Position numbers and translations under genes: made by a program. Source: Verrucomicrobiota bacterium (GTDB lineage: Bacteria; Verrucomicrobiota; Verrucomicrobiia; Opitutales; Coraliomargaritaceae). From it: a DNA stretch of 64,000 bases. Below, one piece after another: positions 8,048-17,637 of the stretch; within the stretch, counting starts at the first letter, position 1; each line of letters starts with the position of its first letter. The notes beneath the pieces were generated by a model. That model was not told the DNA's origin and searched no databases. It saw only the letters and a program-made list of their open reading frames with translations. The stretch spans positions 96,001 through 160,000 of the forward strand of contig JBCBZJ010000003.1 of NCBI GenBank assembly GCA_039815375.1, read 5' to 3'.

Positions 8048-10009
8048 TCAAGTGCTTCCCGGCCTGGAGGCGAATAAGCTTTTGACGCTGTTGACCGGCT
8101 TTTCCTTCGTTGTGCCCGCTCCGACTTGTTGGAAGGGTAGAACGACTTTGAACTCGCTACCCTTGCCGGGGCTGGAGCGAAGGTATATTTTCGAGCCCAT
8201 TGCTTCACAGATTTGCTTGCAGATGGCCAGTCCCAGGCCGGTGCCTCCGTATTCGCGGGAAGTGGAACTTTCCGCCTGTGTGAAAGGAGTGAACAGCCGT
8301 TTCTGCGTTTCGTCGTCGATGCCGATCCCACTATCGGTCACGGAGAATTCCAATTGGTGTTGGTTGTTCCTTACCCCGTGATATTGTATTTTGACAACAA
8401 CGTGACCCTGAGAGGTGAACTTAATCGCATTGGAGGCCAGATTTGTGAGTAACTGCCTGAGCCTCATCGGGTCGCCGATCAGCTGGTTCGGGACTCCCTC
8501 CGCGATGTCGGATCGGTATTCGAGGCCTTTGTTGCGTGCTGCTTCCTGAGTGATGTTCCATAACTTCTCGATTTCGTCCTCTAGGCTGAACTCTTTTTGT
8601 TCGAGGTGAATTCCGACCGACTCCATTTTTGTGAAATCCAGTATGTCGTTGATTAGGGTGATCATCGTGTCGGAACTATTGGAAGCGGCTTGAAGGAACT
8701 CTTTCTGTTCTTTGTTGAGTTCGGTTGTGTGCAGCAGTTCAAGCATGCCCACCACGCCGTTCATTGGTGTGCGGATTTCATGACTCATGGTTGCCAAAAA
8801 GTCGGTTTTCGCCTGAGCCAGTGCTTCTGCAGCTTCTTTTGCCCGGACCATTTCTGTTTCGCGTTGCTTCTCAAGGCTAACGTCCGACTCAATGGCTATA
8901 TACTTCTGTAGCTGCCCGGTTGGACTGAAAAGTGGCTCAATGTCCAAACGCACCCAATAGGGACGTCCGGATTTATGATAGTTGAGTAAATTGGTCGTGA
9001 TCGGTTTGTTTGCCTTAAGTGCTTTCCCGATTTTCTCGACGGTTTCCGGATCGGTATTTTTGCCTTGGAGTAATCTACCGGGGGTCTTGCCGGCTACTTC
9101 ATCCAGCGTGTAACCAGTCAGTTTTTCGAAGCTTGGGTTAATCCATTGAATCCTGCCATTAGGTCCACAAATCACCACCGCATTGCTCGTGCGCATACTA
9201 ATCTGTGCGAGCTCCTCTGCTTGCTCGAGTGCAATGTTCAAGGCGCGCTGTTTTTCTTCAAGCGACTTGGCATAGTGATGGTGCACCCGAATCAGGGATT
9301 GGACTTCATCCTCTGTTCTGAGAACCTCCATTTCTTCCATCCCGATCAGATGTGCCTCTTCCCGCATCTTATTCTTCAAGCGGCTCAGAGGACTGAGCAC
9401 CTTGCGTATAATGAAGATACTGGCCGTAACGGCGGAGCAAAGAACAAGAAGTATCAATAGGGCTGCTTTGTAAATCAGTTGCTCCCGATATGCCGCTTGG
9501 ATGTGTGAATAGTCCATCGAAACTAGAACTGCTGCGGGCTCCAGATAGGTGGCGTTTCTACCACCAAAGATTCGCGCAGGCAAAACTACTTCGTAAACGG
9601 AGTCTTCTTTTTGCATCGAAGCATGAATATCCATGTGCTTCAGAATATGTAGGGCGGCCGTTTTTTCCTCGAGTCTTGGTAGCGCTTCGACTGGTCGCCC
9701 GATTATCCGATACTTCGAGCTTGCAATGATTTCCTTTGCTTTGCCTGAGACGATATGAATGTCCTCTAGAAAAGGATTAGCAGCAACCATGAGCACATAA
9801 CGTTGGAGTGTATCCAGATCATCGACTGATTCTGCAGTCAGCGCGATTGCCTGTGCGATGGTCGAAGTTTCTCTATGCGCAGTCTTTTTGACGCTTCTTT
9901 CGAACTGCCACAGCTCAAGTCCGACGCCGAGTGCCGAAAAAACAACTCCTACGAACAGCGTGAGGACGATAATCCTGAGTGCAAGGGAGGCTCTGCGAGA
10001 GGTTTTCAC
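8048..10009 (-). CDS. Membrane sensor histidine kinase (2 TM, extracytoplasmic domain, PAS, HisKA, HATPase)
   Basis: H-box FLATMSHEIRTPMNG, N-box NLASNAIKFT, DSGIGI and GGTGLGLAI; PAS segment WINPSFEKLTGY. No receiver domain. Confidence 0.92.
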   Translation of the reverse strand: MKTSRRASLALRIIVLTLFVGVVFSALGVGLELWQFERSVKKTAHRETSTIAQAIALTAESVDDLDTLQRYVLMVAANPFLEDIHIVSGKAKEIIASSKYRIIGRPVEALPRLEEKTAALHILKHMDIHASMQKEDSVYEVVLPARIFGGRNATYLEPAAVLVSMDYSHIQAAYREQLIYKAALLILLVLCSAVTASIFIIRKVLSPLSRLKNKMREEAHLIGMEEMEVLRTEDEVQSLIRVHHHYAKSLEEKQRALNIALEQAEELAQISMRTSNAVVICGPNGRIQWINPSFEKLTGYTLDEVAGKTPGRLLQGKNTDPETVEKIGKALKANKPITTNLLNYHKSGRPYWVRLDIEPLFSPTGQLQKYIAIESDVSLEKQRETEMVRAKEAAEALAQAKTDFLATMSHEIRTPMNGVVGMLELLHTTELNKEQKEFLQAASNSSDTMITLINDILDFTKMESVGIHLEQKEFSLEDEIEKLWNITQEAARNKGLEYRSDIAEGVPNQLIGDPMRLRQLLTNLASNAIKFTSQGHVVVKIQYHGVRNNQHQLEFSVTDSGIGIDDETQKRLFTPFTQAESSTSREYGGTGLGLAICKQICEAMGSKIYLRSSPGKGSEFKVVLPFQQVGAGTTKEKPVNSVKSLFASRPGST

Positions 10010-10012
10010 GAC

Positions 10013-10987
10013 TTACTCCTCTAGTTTCTGTAGGATCGATGGGGTAAACATCGATTTCAGTTTGGCGAAATCAGGATCCAGATTGTAGAGATCAAAGGCT
10101 TTTCGAATGGTTGCAGGAAGCAAGGTGCCACCTTCAAGGAGGAGTATTTGCTTCTCTGGTTCGATCATCGCGATGCCGGACAATGCTTCTTCGAACTCCT
10201 TCGTGCTTAAGCCTGCGTAGTGTGCCATAATTTCAATTGATGGCTTCCGGTTTCTTAGGAAATGCTGGTGTGCTGCCTTGAGCGCTCCGGTAAAGCGAAT
10301 AATCTCTTCCTCGCGTTCAGTTAGGGTCTCAGGCTCGGCAACCAGGACGTCTATGATGACCCCTGGAATTTTGCTGGTATCGAAGATGGAGTGAAGTTCC
10401 GGGTCGTTCTGCAGGAGTTGATTCGAAACCGGTGGATAAGTGACTGCTGCATCGATCTTCCCTTTGGACATCGCTTGAATCATTGCGGTTTGGCGCATCG
10501 GCACGACTTGAACATCGTCGACTTCCATATCGTAGTATTCGAGTGCAGAAAGGAGGTGTATGTAGTCGAGTGCCCCTACATCTGCACCAATTCGTTTTCC
10601 CTTAAGGTCCGACAATTCGGAGCGGTTGTTTTTGGAAATAATGACATCTGCTCCGTTTGAATAGTCGCAGATGTAGAAGACCGCAGGTTCGTTTTCTGAG
10701 TTGATACGGATTTTGACCAGATCGGTCAGCGTGGACCCTGCGATGTCAATGTAGCCGAGTTCGTAGATGCGATTGACTTCGCCATTCGACATCAGGTCAA
10801 CAATCTCGACGTCTACATCGTATTCTTCGAACAGCTTCAGTTCATGAGCCAAATTAATGAGCTGATATCCAGGCCAGGGGTTAAGGCCGATCCGCAGGGG
10901 CTCTTTCTGCTTCTTTCCACAAGAGACTAGCAGGACGCTGATCGCGACGATGAGTAGAAGATTGGGGTGTTTCCGAGAAAGAAACAT
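10013..10987 (-). CDS. SsuA/NMT1-like substrate-binding lipoprotein
   Basis: Lipobox LVSC; IGLNPWPGY, DYSNGADVI, LKGKRIG, IDAAVTYPP and PGVIIDVL motifs. Confidence 0.85.
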   Translation of the reverse strand: MFLSRKHPNLLLIVAISVLLVSCGKKQKEPLRIGLNPWPGYQLINLAHELKLFEEYDVDVEIVDLMSNGEVNRIYELGYIDIAGSTLTDLVKIRINSENEPAVFYICDYSNGADVIISKNNRSELSDLKGKRIGADVGALDYIHLLSALEYYDMEVDDVQVVPMRQTAMIQAMSKGKIDAAVTYPPVSNQLLQNDPELHSIFDTSKIPGVIIDVLVAEPETLTEREEEIIRFTGALKAAHQHFLRNRKPSIEIMAHYAGLSTKEFEEALSGIAMIEPEKQILLLEGGTLLPATIRKAFDLYNLDPDFAKLKSMFTPSILQKLEE

Positions 10988-11131
10988 GAATATTATTCTC
11001 TATATTTTTTAAGCTAATGCCAGCAATTAATTCAAAGTCTGACGATTTCTAGATTTTGAATATCGCTGCACTTTTGATCGAGGTGGAATACCTCTTGCTT
11101 CCGGTCTGGAGGGCGCTCAATTTTCTGAAAG

Positions 11132-12229
11132 ATGCCTGCCAAGCCCTTTACATTTATTTGTGGTGACGACGACTTCCTTGTTTCTGAGCGAGGTAAGGAT
11201 TGGTTTGCGGGGCAGACAAAGGAATTAATGGATGACCTTTCCAGGGAAGTTGTCGACGGTCGTGCGGGCAACATCGCTGAAGTTGAGCAAGCGTTGAGCA
11301 GGTTCACCATTGCGGTGCAGACGCTGTCTCTTTTCGGTGAGCGAAAAGTCGTTTGGTTGAAAGATGTCAATTTCATGGCGGATAGTCAGACTGGCAGGGC
11401 CCAGGGCACTCTTGACTTACTGGAGAACCTCAAGGGACTTCTCGAAGGGCTCAATCCTGAGGCAGTCGGCGTGCTGATTACCGCACAGCCAGTTGATAAG
11501 CGCCGGAGTTTCTTCAAGTGGTGCAAAAAGGCTGCAGACTTTATAGCACTCGAGGGTGCTAAGGACGCTCCGGCTGCCTACGCGCAGCTTGTAAATGAAG
11601 AGTGTGAAAAGGCCGGTGTTTCCATGAGCCGTGACGCGGCCCTGCTACTAATCGGTAAAGTCAATGGCAATACACGCCTAATCGTCGAAGAGACACGCAA
11701 GCTCTGCACCTTCGCTTCAGGTAACGAAGACCCGATTAGTGAGCAACTTGTCAACGAGCTGGTGCCGAACTTCGGGGACGCTGATTTTTTTGAAGCTGGC
11801 GATGCCTTTTTCTCATTGAAGCTGGAATGGACATTGGAAGCTCTGCGCCGTCATTTCTTCACTAACAACGAATCGCGTGGTTTACTGGGCAGCCTACAGT
11901 CGCGCAATCGTCTGTTGATTCAACTTCGCGTCCTGCTCGACGCCGGTGCCATTCGTTTGGGGGGTCGTGGTATTTCGAAGTCAGATTTGGAAGCTGCTGC
12001 GCGCATCTACGGGCATCATTTTGGCGAGGACAGTGAAAAGAGTAATCTTAATGTCTTCACTCAAAATCCCTGGTATCTCGGACGGCTCGCAGAGACCGCA
12101 AACAAGTTGCCGATGAAGAAGCTCATCGCTTTTCAGATTGCTTTTTCAGATGCTTTTGAAGCAATTATCCAACGTCCTAATGAACAGGAGGAGGTGTGCC
12201 GCGAACTTGCTGTGAAATGCCTGAGTTGA
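11132..12229 (+). CDS. holA: DNA polymerase III subunit delta
   Basis: ICGDDDFLV N-terminus, LSLFGERKVV, DKRR and E..KL pattern; size fits. Confidence 0.85.
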   Translation: MPAKPFTFICGDDDFLVSERGKDWFAGQTKELMDDLSREVVDGRAGNIAEVEQALSRFTIAVQTLSLFGERKVVWLKDVNFMADSQTGRAQGTLDLLENLKGLLEGLNPEAVGVLITAQPVDKRRSFFKWCKKAADFIALEGAKDAPAAYAQLVNEECEKAGVSMSRDAALLLIGKVNGNTRLIVEETRKLCTFASGNEDPISEQLVNELVPNFGDADFFEAGDAFFSLKLEWTLEALRRHFFTNNESRGLLGSLQSRNRLLIQLRVLLDAGAIRLGGRGISKSDLEAAARIYGHHFGEDSEKSNLNVFTQNPWYLGRLAETANKLPMKKLIAFQIAFSDAFEAIIQRPNEQEEVCRELAVKCLS

Positions 12230-12241
12230 CCCTTTACTATT

Positions 12242-12676
12242 ATGATTATAAAAGTGCGAGTTATTGCGATCGTCCTGTTGCCACTGGCTTTATTTGCACA
12301 TAGCGAAAAATCCGGCGTTCGAATAGAAGTTCTGGAACAGTCGACACAGATGTGGAACGGAGAGGAATTGCCAGCCTACCCGGATGAAGCAGCGCAGATA
12401 AGTGTGGTTAAAGTAACCGTTCCGCCGCACACAAAGCTGGGTTGGCATAAGCATCCCTGCATTAATGCGGGCTACTTGTTAACGGGTGAGATTCGCGTCA
12501 CAGCGGAAGATGGCAGCACTCGCTTGGTGAAGTCCGGCGAAGGATTGATTGAATTAGTCGATATCTGGCACTACGGTGAGAACGTGAGTGACGAAGTTGC
12601 TGAAATCATTGTGATTTATGTCGGAGCAGAAGGTGTGCCTCTGGCTCTCCCAAAGCCAATCGAGAAATCGCTATAG
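12242..12676 (+). CDS. Secreted cupin-domain protein
   Basis: Signal peptide; WHKHP...GYLLTGEI...E..WHYGEN cupin motifs. Confidence 0.85.
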   Translation: MIIKVRVIAIVLLPLALFAHSEKSGVRIEVLEQSTQMWNGEELPAYPDEAAQISVVKVTVPPHTKLGWHKHPCINAGYLLTGEIRVTAEDGSTRLVKSGEGLIELVDIWHYGENVSDEVAEIIVIYVGAEGVPLALPKPIEKSL

Positions 12677-12715
12677 GCTTGCGGCCTGAGCCTATTTTTC
12701 TGAAACTAAGTAACT

Positions 12716-15103
12716 TTGAAGTCGCTACCCCGACATTCTGATCGCAATCTGCGAGGAGGTTATTTCGCTTACTTTGGAAGGCTCGAAGGCTTGCTCCTTT
12801 ATATAGCCTTAACTTTGGCTCTGGTCCTGTGCTTTCACTTGACGGGCAAATTTGGCGAGAGCGTCTCTCTGCTGGCACCGCTTGCAGTTGGTTTGGCAAT
12901 TATCGCAGGCGTGAGTTTTCGTATTGCCGGGACGGTTGCCTCGGGGCTTGTCGCGGTAACGGTTTTCTGGCTTGCCTATGTCTTGAGGTGGGGGACCTTG
13001 CCGCATCAGGGCGCCTTCTTCGGTGCAGGCTTAGTCTTGCTGATTTGCCTGTTTTCTTTTTCCGCTGCACTTGCGGTGAGTTATCACGTGCGCACAGCTG
13101 ACATCGCGACACAACGCGAAAACATGCTGCATAAAGTATTTGATTCGTTGCCGATTGGTGCCTGGGTGCGCGCGTTGGATGGGCAGACGGTTTTCGTCAA
13201 TGAACGCTGGGCGAGTTTCTCTGATAGGGAAGCCTACGATATCATGCACTCCAGCTCGACGCAGCCGCCGGTCGATCTGGGTGAAGAGTGGGCTGCCGAA
13301 CTAGAGGACTTATTAACTTCAGATAGCGGTGCAGTGCGTTACCGCTCGATCGACCTGGAGGATTGCGACGGTCAAAGCTGCAGCATGACTCTACTTACTC
13401 TGCGACTTTACATTGATCATCTTGATGAGTATGGCACGCTCGCCCTGTTGATTGATGAAACCGCGCTGCGGATGTATGAAAAGCGTATGCAGAAGAGCCA
13501 GGATAGCTTGAGGGTTGCGCTCGACAATGCAGGTATGGGTTTTTGGGACGAGGATGTGGTGCGTAAAAGAGCGACTTGCGATGCGGCATGGTTTGGCCTC
13601 ATGGGCCTCGAATATGATGCTTCGGCGGATCCCCTACAGGTTTGGGAGGAGCGTTTACATCCGGATGATCGCATGCGTGTGGACGCAGCCTACAATGAAT
13701 ACTATAAAAAGGGAGAGGGCAGCCTGCGGATTGATTACCGCATTCGCAAGGCAGACGATAATTATATTTGGGTGCAGGATTGCGTCTGCGTGACCGAGTT
13801 TACCGAGGATGGTGCTCCGAAGCGCTTGATGGGAACGATGCAGGATATCTCTTCGAGTAAGCGAACCGAGATCGATCTCAATTACGCAAAAGAACGTGCA
13901 GAATCGGCAAACGAGGCGAAGGGTCAGTTTATTGCGATGATTTCACATGAGATTCGCACGCCGCTGAATGCAATCATCGGCCTGTCTAGCTTTCTGAGTG
14001 AAGGGGAGCTTGATGAGGAGCAGCTTGATTTGGCGCAGACAATCTACACGAGTGGCAGGAGTTTGCTGCTTTTGGTGAATGACATTTTAGACTTTTCTAA
14101 GATTGAAGCCGGTCATCTCGACTTGGAGATGCAAGAGTTCCCGATACGGATGTGCTTTGAAGACAGTGTAAAACTATTCAAGATGCGTGCTGCAGAAAAA
14201 AAAGTGACGCTGGGTTTGCATCTTGATGAAGAGCTTTCGGAATATGCGATCGGTGACATGGAGCGCCTGCGGCAGATAGTTCAGAACCTTCTTTCGAATG
14301 CTTTGAAGTTTACTGATAGGGGAGATGTCCAGGTCTTCGTGCGCCAAGTGCATGTGATGGATCTGCCCGACCATATCCGACCCGACCAACTTGAGCCGAT
14401 TGGCTATTTGGATCGTCCGGACCACGAATACATTGAGGTGCTTGTTCGCGACTCGGGTATCGGAATACCTGCAGACCAGCAGCATCTGCTCTTTCAGGCA
14501 TTCAGCCAGGTGGATTCTTCCGCGACCCGTAAGTATGAGGGCACAGGTCTTGGGCTTGTCATTTGTAAACGGCTCGTCCACGCGATGGGTGGTCGTATCT
14601 GGGTAGAAAGTAACGAAGGTCAGGGTGCTGTCTTTGGATTTACGGCAAGGACGAAGCTGATTCATGAAAGCTCTGACTTAGTGCCGTTTGAATCTAAGAA
14701 ATCTGAACTGGCAGATAGAATTGCGGAAGACCACCCATGTGATATTCTAATTGTCGGGCCGAAGGGAGTAACCGATCCACTGGTGCTTGCATGTCGGAAG
14801 TTGGGATATGCCCCGCACCATTCGGAAGGATATGACCTAAGCGCAAATGCTTATGGAAGGCGTCACTACAATATTCTGTTTGTCTGGATGGAGGACGAGG
14901 CCGGCTCGCTTGAGATGGCCCGGAAGGTCTGTGCAGCGGGCGGCATTAAGCGCCCCGAGGCTATTGTTGGCTTCATTCCACAGGGCCGGAACATTTCACA
15001 TGAACGCTGCCGACTCAGCGGTATGCAGCGTATTTTAGAAGACGATCCGAAGCCTGAAGTTATCCGTCACACGATTCTGGATGTGCTGAGCACGCACGGT
15101 TGA
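12716..15103 (+). CDS. Membrane PAS-PAS histidine kinase with a degenerate C-terminal receiver-like domain
   Basis: About four N-terminal TM segments, PAS (HPDDR...WVQD), H-box ISHEIRTPLNAI, NLLSNALKFT and GTGLGLVIC. The tail DILIVGPK...NILFVWM lacks the receiver Asp residues. Confidence 0.88.
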   Translation: MKSLPRHSDRNLRGGYFAYFGRLEGLLLYIALTLALVLCFHLTGKFGESVSLLAPLAVGLAIIAGVSFRIAGTVASGLVAVTVFWLAYVLRWGTLPHQGAFFGAGLVLLICLFSFSAALAVSYHVRTADIATQRENMLHKVFDSLPIGAWVRALDGQTVFVNERWASFSDREAYDIMHSSSTQPPVDLGEEWAAELEDLLTSDSGAVRYRSIDLEDCDGQSCSMTLLTLRLYIDHLDEYGTLALLIDETALRMYEKRMQKSQDSLRVALDNAGMGFWDEDVVRKRATCDAAWFGLMGLEYDASADPLQVWEERLHPDDRMRVDAAYNEYYKKGEGSLRIDYRIRKADDNYIWVQDCVCVTEFTEDGAPKRLMGTMQDISSSKRTEIDLNYAKERAESANEAKGQFIAMISHEIRTPLNAIIGLSSFLSEGELDEEQLDLAQTIYTSGRSLLLLVNDILDFSKIEAGHLDLEMQEFPIRMCFEDSVKLFKMRAAEKKVTLGLHLDEELSEYAIGDMERLRQIVQNLLSNALKFTDRGDVQVFVRQVHVMDLPDHIRPDQLEPIGYLDRPDHEYIEVLVRDSGIGIPADQQHLLFQAFSQVDSSATRKYEGTGLGLVICKRLVHAMGGRIWVESNEGQGAVFGFTARTKLIHESSDLVPFESKKSELADRIAEDHPCDILIVGPKGVTDPLVLACRKLGYAPHHSEGYDLSANAYGRRHYNILFVWMEDEAGSLEMARKVCAAGGIKRPEAIVGFIPQGRNISHERCRLSGMQRILEDDPKPEVIRHTILDVLSTHG

Positions 15104-16751
15104 ATGCGCTGACCAGAGCCCGCAGCCCGGCCAGCTCAATATTGGGGTCGATCCCGCAGCCGTAAAAGGTCGCGCCATCGTCGTGCTGAATTTCTATGTA
15201 TGCCGCAGCTTCTGTTTTTGAGCCCTTGCCAATCGAGTGTTGGCGATAGTCGGTCAGGGTGAAGTTTTTCCAGCCATTCTGATCGAGTGCGTCAACGAAG
15301 GCGCTGATTGGGCCGTTGCCCCGTCCATCCACCTTCATTGCTTCGCCTCGTATACGGATATCCGCTTCCACGCGCACCTCGCCAGATTTGGAAAAATCTT
15401 CACGTTCGATCGCAAGGATTTCCAGAGGCGCACCAAGATTGACGTAGAGTGTCTTGAATACCTCGTAAACTTCGTCCGGGAGAAGCTCTCGACTATCCTT
15501 ATCTGCGGCATCGTTGACAACCATTCCCACCTCCGGGTGCATCGCTCTCGGTAGATCGAGACCGAAGTCGCGAGATAAGACGTAGGCAACCCCGCCTTTG
15601 CCGCTTTGGCTGTTGATGCGGATGATTGCTTCGTAGGTGCGCCCGATGTCCTGCGGGTCAATCAATAGGTAGGGCACTTGGAAGAGTTCGTCCGCATCCT
15701 TCTCGCGCAGATCCATGCCTTTTTTGATCGCATCCTGATGGGATCCGGAGAATGCGGTAAAGACGAGATCGCCTGCATAGGGGTGCCGTTCATGAACCGT
15801 CATGCGCGTCACGCGCTCGTAGACTTCACGAATGTCCTCAAGCTTGCTGAAGTCGAGACCTGGATCGATGCCTTGCGTGTAAAGATTGAGTGCGACGGTG
15901 ACGATGTCGAGGTTGCCTGTGCGTTCGCCGTTGCCAAAGAGGGTGCCTTCGACACGGTCTGCACCAGCCATCAGGCTGAGTTCGGTGGCGGCAATTCCAG
16001 TCCCGCGATCATTGTGGGTATGCAGGCTAATGATTGCCTTCGTGCGCTCTTTCATATTGCGGCAAAACCATTCGATCTGATCTGCATGCACATTTGGAGT
16101 CGCAACTTCAACGGTTGCCGGAAGGTTAAGAATAATTGGGTCTGCCTCGGTCGGTTGCCAAACGCCCATCACGGCTTCGCAGACTTCCAGAGAGTAGTCG
16201 ACCTCAGTATCGGAGAAGCTCTCGGGTGAGTACTGGAAGCGAACCTTCGTGCTCGGGATCGTCGAGACGAGGCTTTTTACAAGTTTGGTGCCTTCGACGG
16301 CAATGGCCTTGATTTCGTCCTTGCTCTTGCCGAAAGTCACGCGGCGCTGCAAAGGCGAAGTCGAATTGTAAAGGTGCACGATCGCGGTGGGCACGCCTTC
16401 GAGGCTCTCAAAAGTGCGCCGGATAAGGTGGTCTCTCGCTTGAACCAGCACCTGAAGTGTAACGTCTTCGGGAATACGGTTTTCATCGACAAGACGTCGT
16501 ATGAACTGAAACTCAGTGTCGCTTGCGGAGGGAAAGCCCACCTCAATTTCCTTGAAGCCAATGGCGACGAGCATTTCGAAGAGTTCGATCTTTTCCTCGA
16601 CGTTCATGGGAATCGCGAGAGCCTGATTGCCATCTCGCAAGTCGACGCTTGCCCAGATCGGTGCTTGATCAATGACTTGGCTCGGCCACTGCCGATCCGG
16701 CAGATCGATCTGAGGGAAGGGCCTGTATTTCGTGATTGTGCCTTTTTGCAT
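15060..16751 (-). CDS. leuA: 2-isopropylmalate synthase (yeast/actinobacterial type)
   Basis: DLRDGNQAL, YSPESF, NLPATVE, HTHNDRG, GNGERTGN and RINSQSGKGG motifs. Confidence 0.96.
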   Translation of the reverse strand: MQKGTITKYRPFPQIDLPDRQWPSQVIDQAPIWASVDLRDGNQALAIPMNVEEKIELFEMLVAIGFKEIEVGFPSASDTEFQFIRRLVDENRIPEDVTLQVLVQARDHLIRRTFESLEGVPTAIVHLYNSTSPLQRRVTFGKSKDEIKAIAVEGTKLVKSLVSTIPSTKVRFQYSPESFSDTEVDYSLEVCEAVMGVWQPTEADPIILNLPATVEVATPNVHADQIEWFCRNMKERTKAIISLHTHNDRGTGIAATELSLMAGADRVEGTLFGNGERTGNLDIVTVALNLYTQGIDPGLDFSKLEDIREVYERVTRMTVHERHPYAGDLVFTAFSGSHQDAIKKGMDLREKDADELFQVPYLLIDPQDIGRTYEAIIRINSQSGKGGVAYVLSRDFGLDLPRAMHPEVGMVVNDAADKDSRELLPDEVYEVFKTLYVNLGAPLEILAIEREDFSKSGEVRVEADIRIRGEAMKVDGRGNGPISAFVDALDQNGWKNFTLTDYRQHSIGKGSKTEAAAYIEIQHDDGATFYGCGIDPNIELAGLRALVSAFNRACSAHPESCDG

Positions 16752-16884
16752 GGCTTATGGAAAAATGGAAATGATGGGTTGGTTGTTCAAAGACAAAGCG
16801 AAAGTCGAGTTCGCTGCGAACAGATGGAACATCTTAGTCCCTAGTGTGGGCCAACAATAGCCCATGATGTATCAGCTGCCTCCC

Positions 16885-16953
16885 CTAGGGGAGTCGTAGA
16901 AGGAGTTGCTCGCATATTGGCTGAGCAAACTGGTTAGGCTGCCGGATTTGCAT
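16885..16953 (-). promoter_or_regulatory. Putative leuA leader peptide (MQIRQPNQFAQPICEQLLLRLP)
   Basis: 22-codon ORF ending CTC CTT CTA CGA CTC CCC TAG, 133 nt upstream of leuA, with overlapping and alternative hairpins. Confidence 0.75.
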
Positions 16954-17064
16954 CTTGTCTGAGCATTGCTTCGGTGTGCTTGCTGTCAAGAGTCCTCCTC
17001 GCCGCTTTCGAAGTGAGTGACTTGAGTCTTGTTAGTCCGATAAATTCAGATCAAATTATAAGCT

Positions 17065-17631
17065 GTGGCAGTAAATGAGACACCATTGCAAGGGCGCACG
17101 ATCATACTGGGTGTGACCGGTTCGATTGCCGCGTTTAAATCGGCGGACATCACGAGTCGTTTAACTGAGGCCGGGGCCTCGGTTTTTCCGGTAATGACGG
17201 AGAATGCCACACGCTTTATTACGCCGCTGACCCTACAGACTCTGGCGCGGAATCCAGTCTCAGCAGATCTCTGGATGGAGGAAAAGGACTGGCACCCCGG
17301 TCATATCGATTTGGCAGACCGCGCCGATCTGCTGCTCGTTGCCCCGGCGACTGCACATTGCATCGGGCTCTTTGCGCAAGGACTTGCGCCCGACTTGCTC
17401 TCTTCGCTACACCTGGCGACTGAAGCTCCGGTAATGCTGGCCCCCGCAATGAACGGCAAGATGCTGAGCCACGCTGCGGTCCAGGGCAATATACGCACTT
17501 TGATTAAGCGCGGCTATCATTTCATTGAGCCGGATCATGGCATGCTGGCTTGTGGATATGAGGGGAAGGGTAAACTCGCTTCAGTCGACAGTATTGTAAA
17601 AAATGTGCTAACCTTCTTTAAGGGTAGTTAG
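17065..17631 (+). CDS. coaC: Phosphopantothenoylcysteine decarboxylase (stand-alone CoaC, HFCD flavoprotein)
   Basis: GVTGSIAAFK, HIDLA, APATA, APAMNGKM and LACGYEGKG motifs; no CoaB domain. Confidence 0.9.
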   Translation: MAVNETPLQGRTIILGVTGSIAAFKSADITSRLTEAGASVFPVMTENATRFITPLTLQTLARNPVSADLWMEEKDWHPGHIDLADRADLLLVAPATAHCIGLFAQGLAPDLLSSLHLATEAPVMLAPAMNGKMLSHAAVQGNIRTLIKRGYHFIEPDHGMLACGYEGKGKLASVDSIVKNVLTFFKGS

Positions 17632-17637
17632 TGCTGA

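Noticed and set aside
8870..9200. LOV photoreceptor in the first histidine kinase
   Set aside because: The PAS segment is LOV-like, but GKTPGRLLQG lacks the photoactive Cys of GxNCRFLQ.
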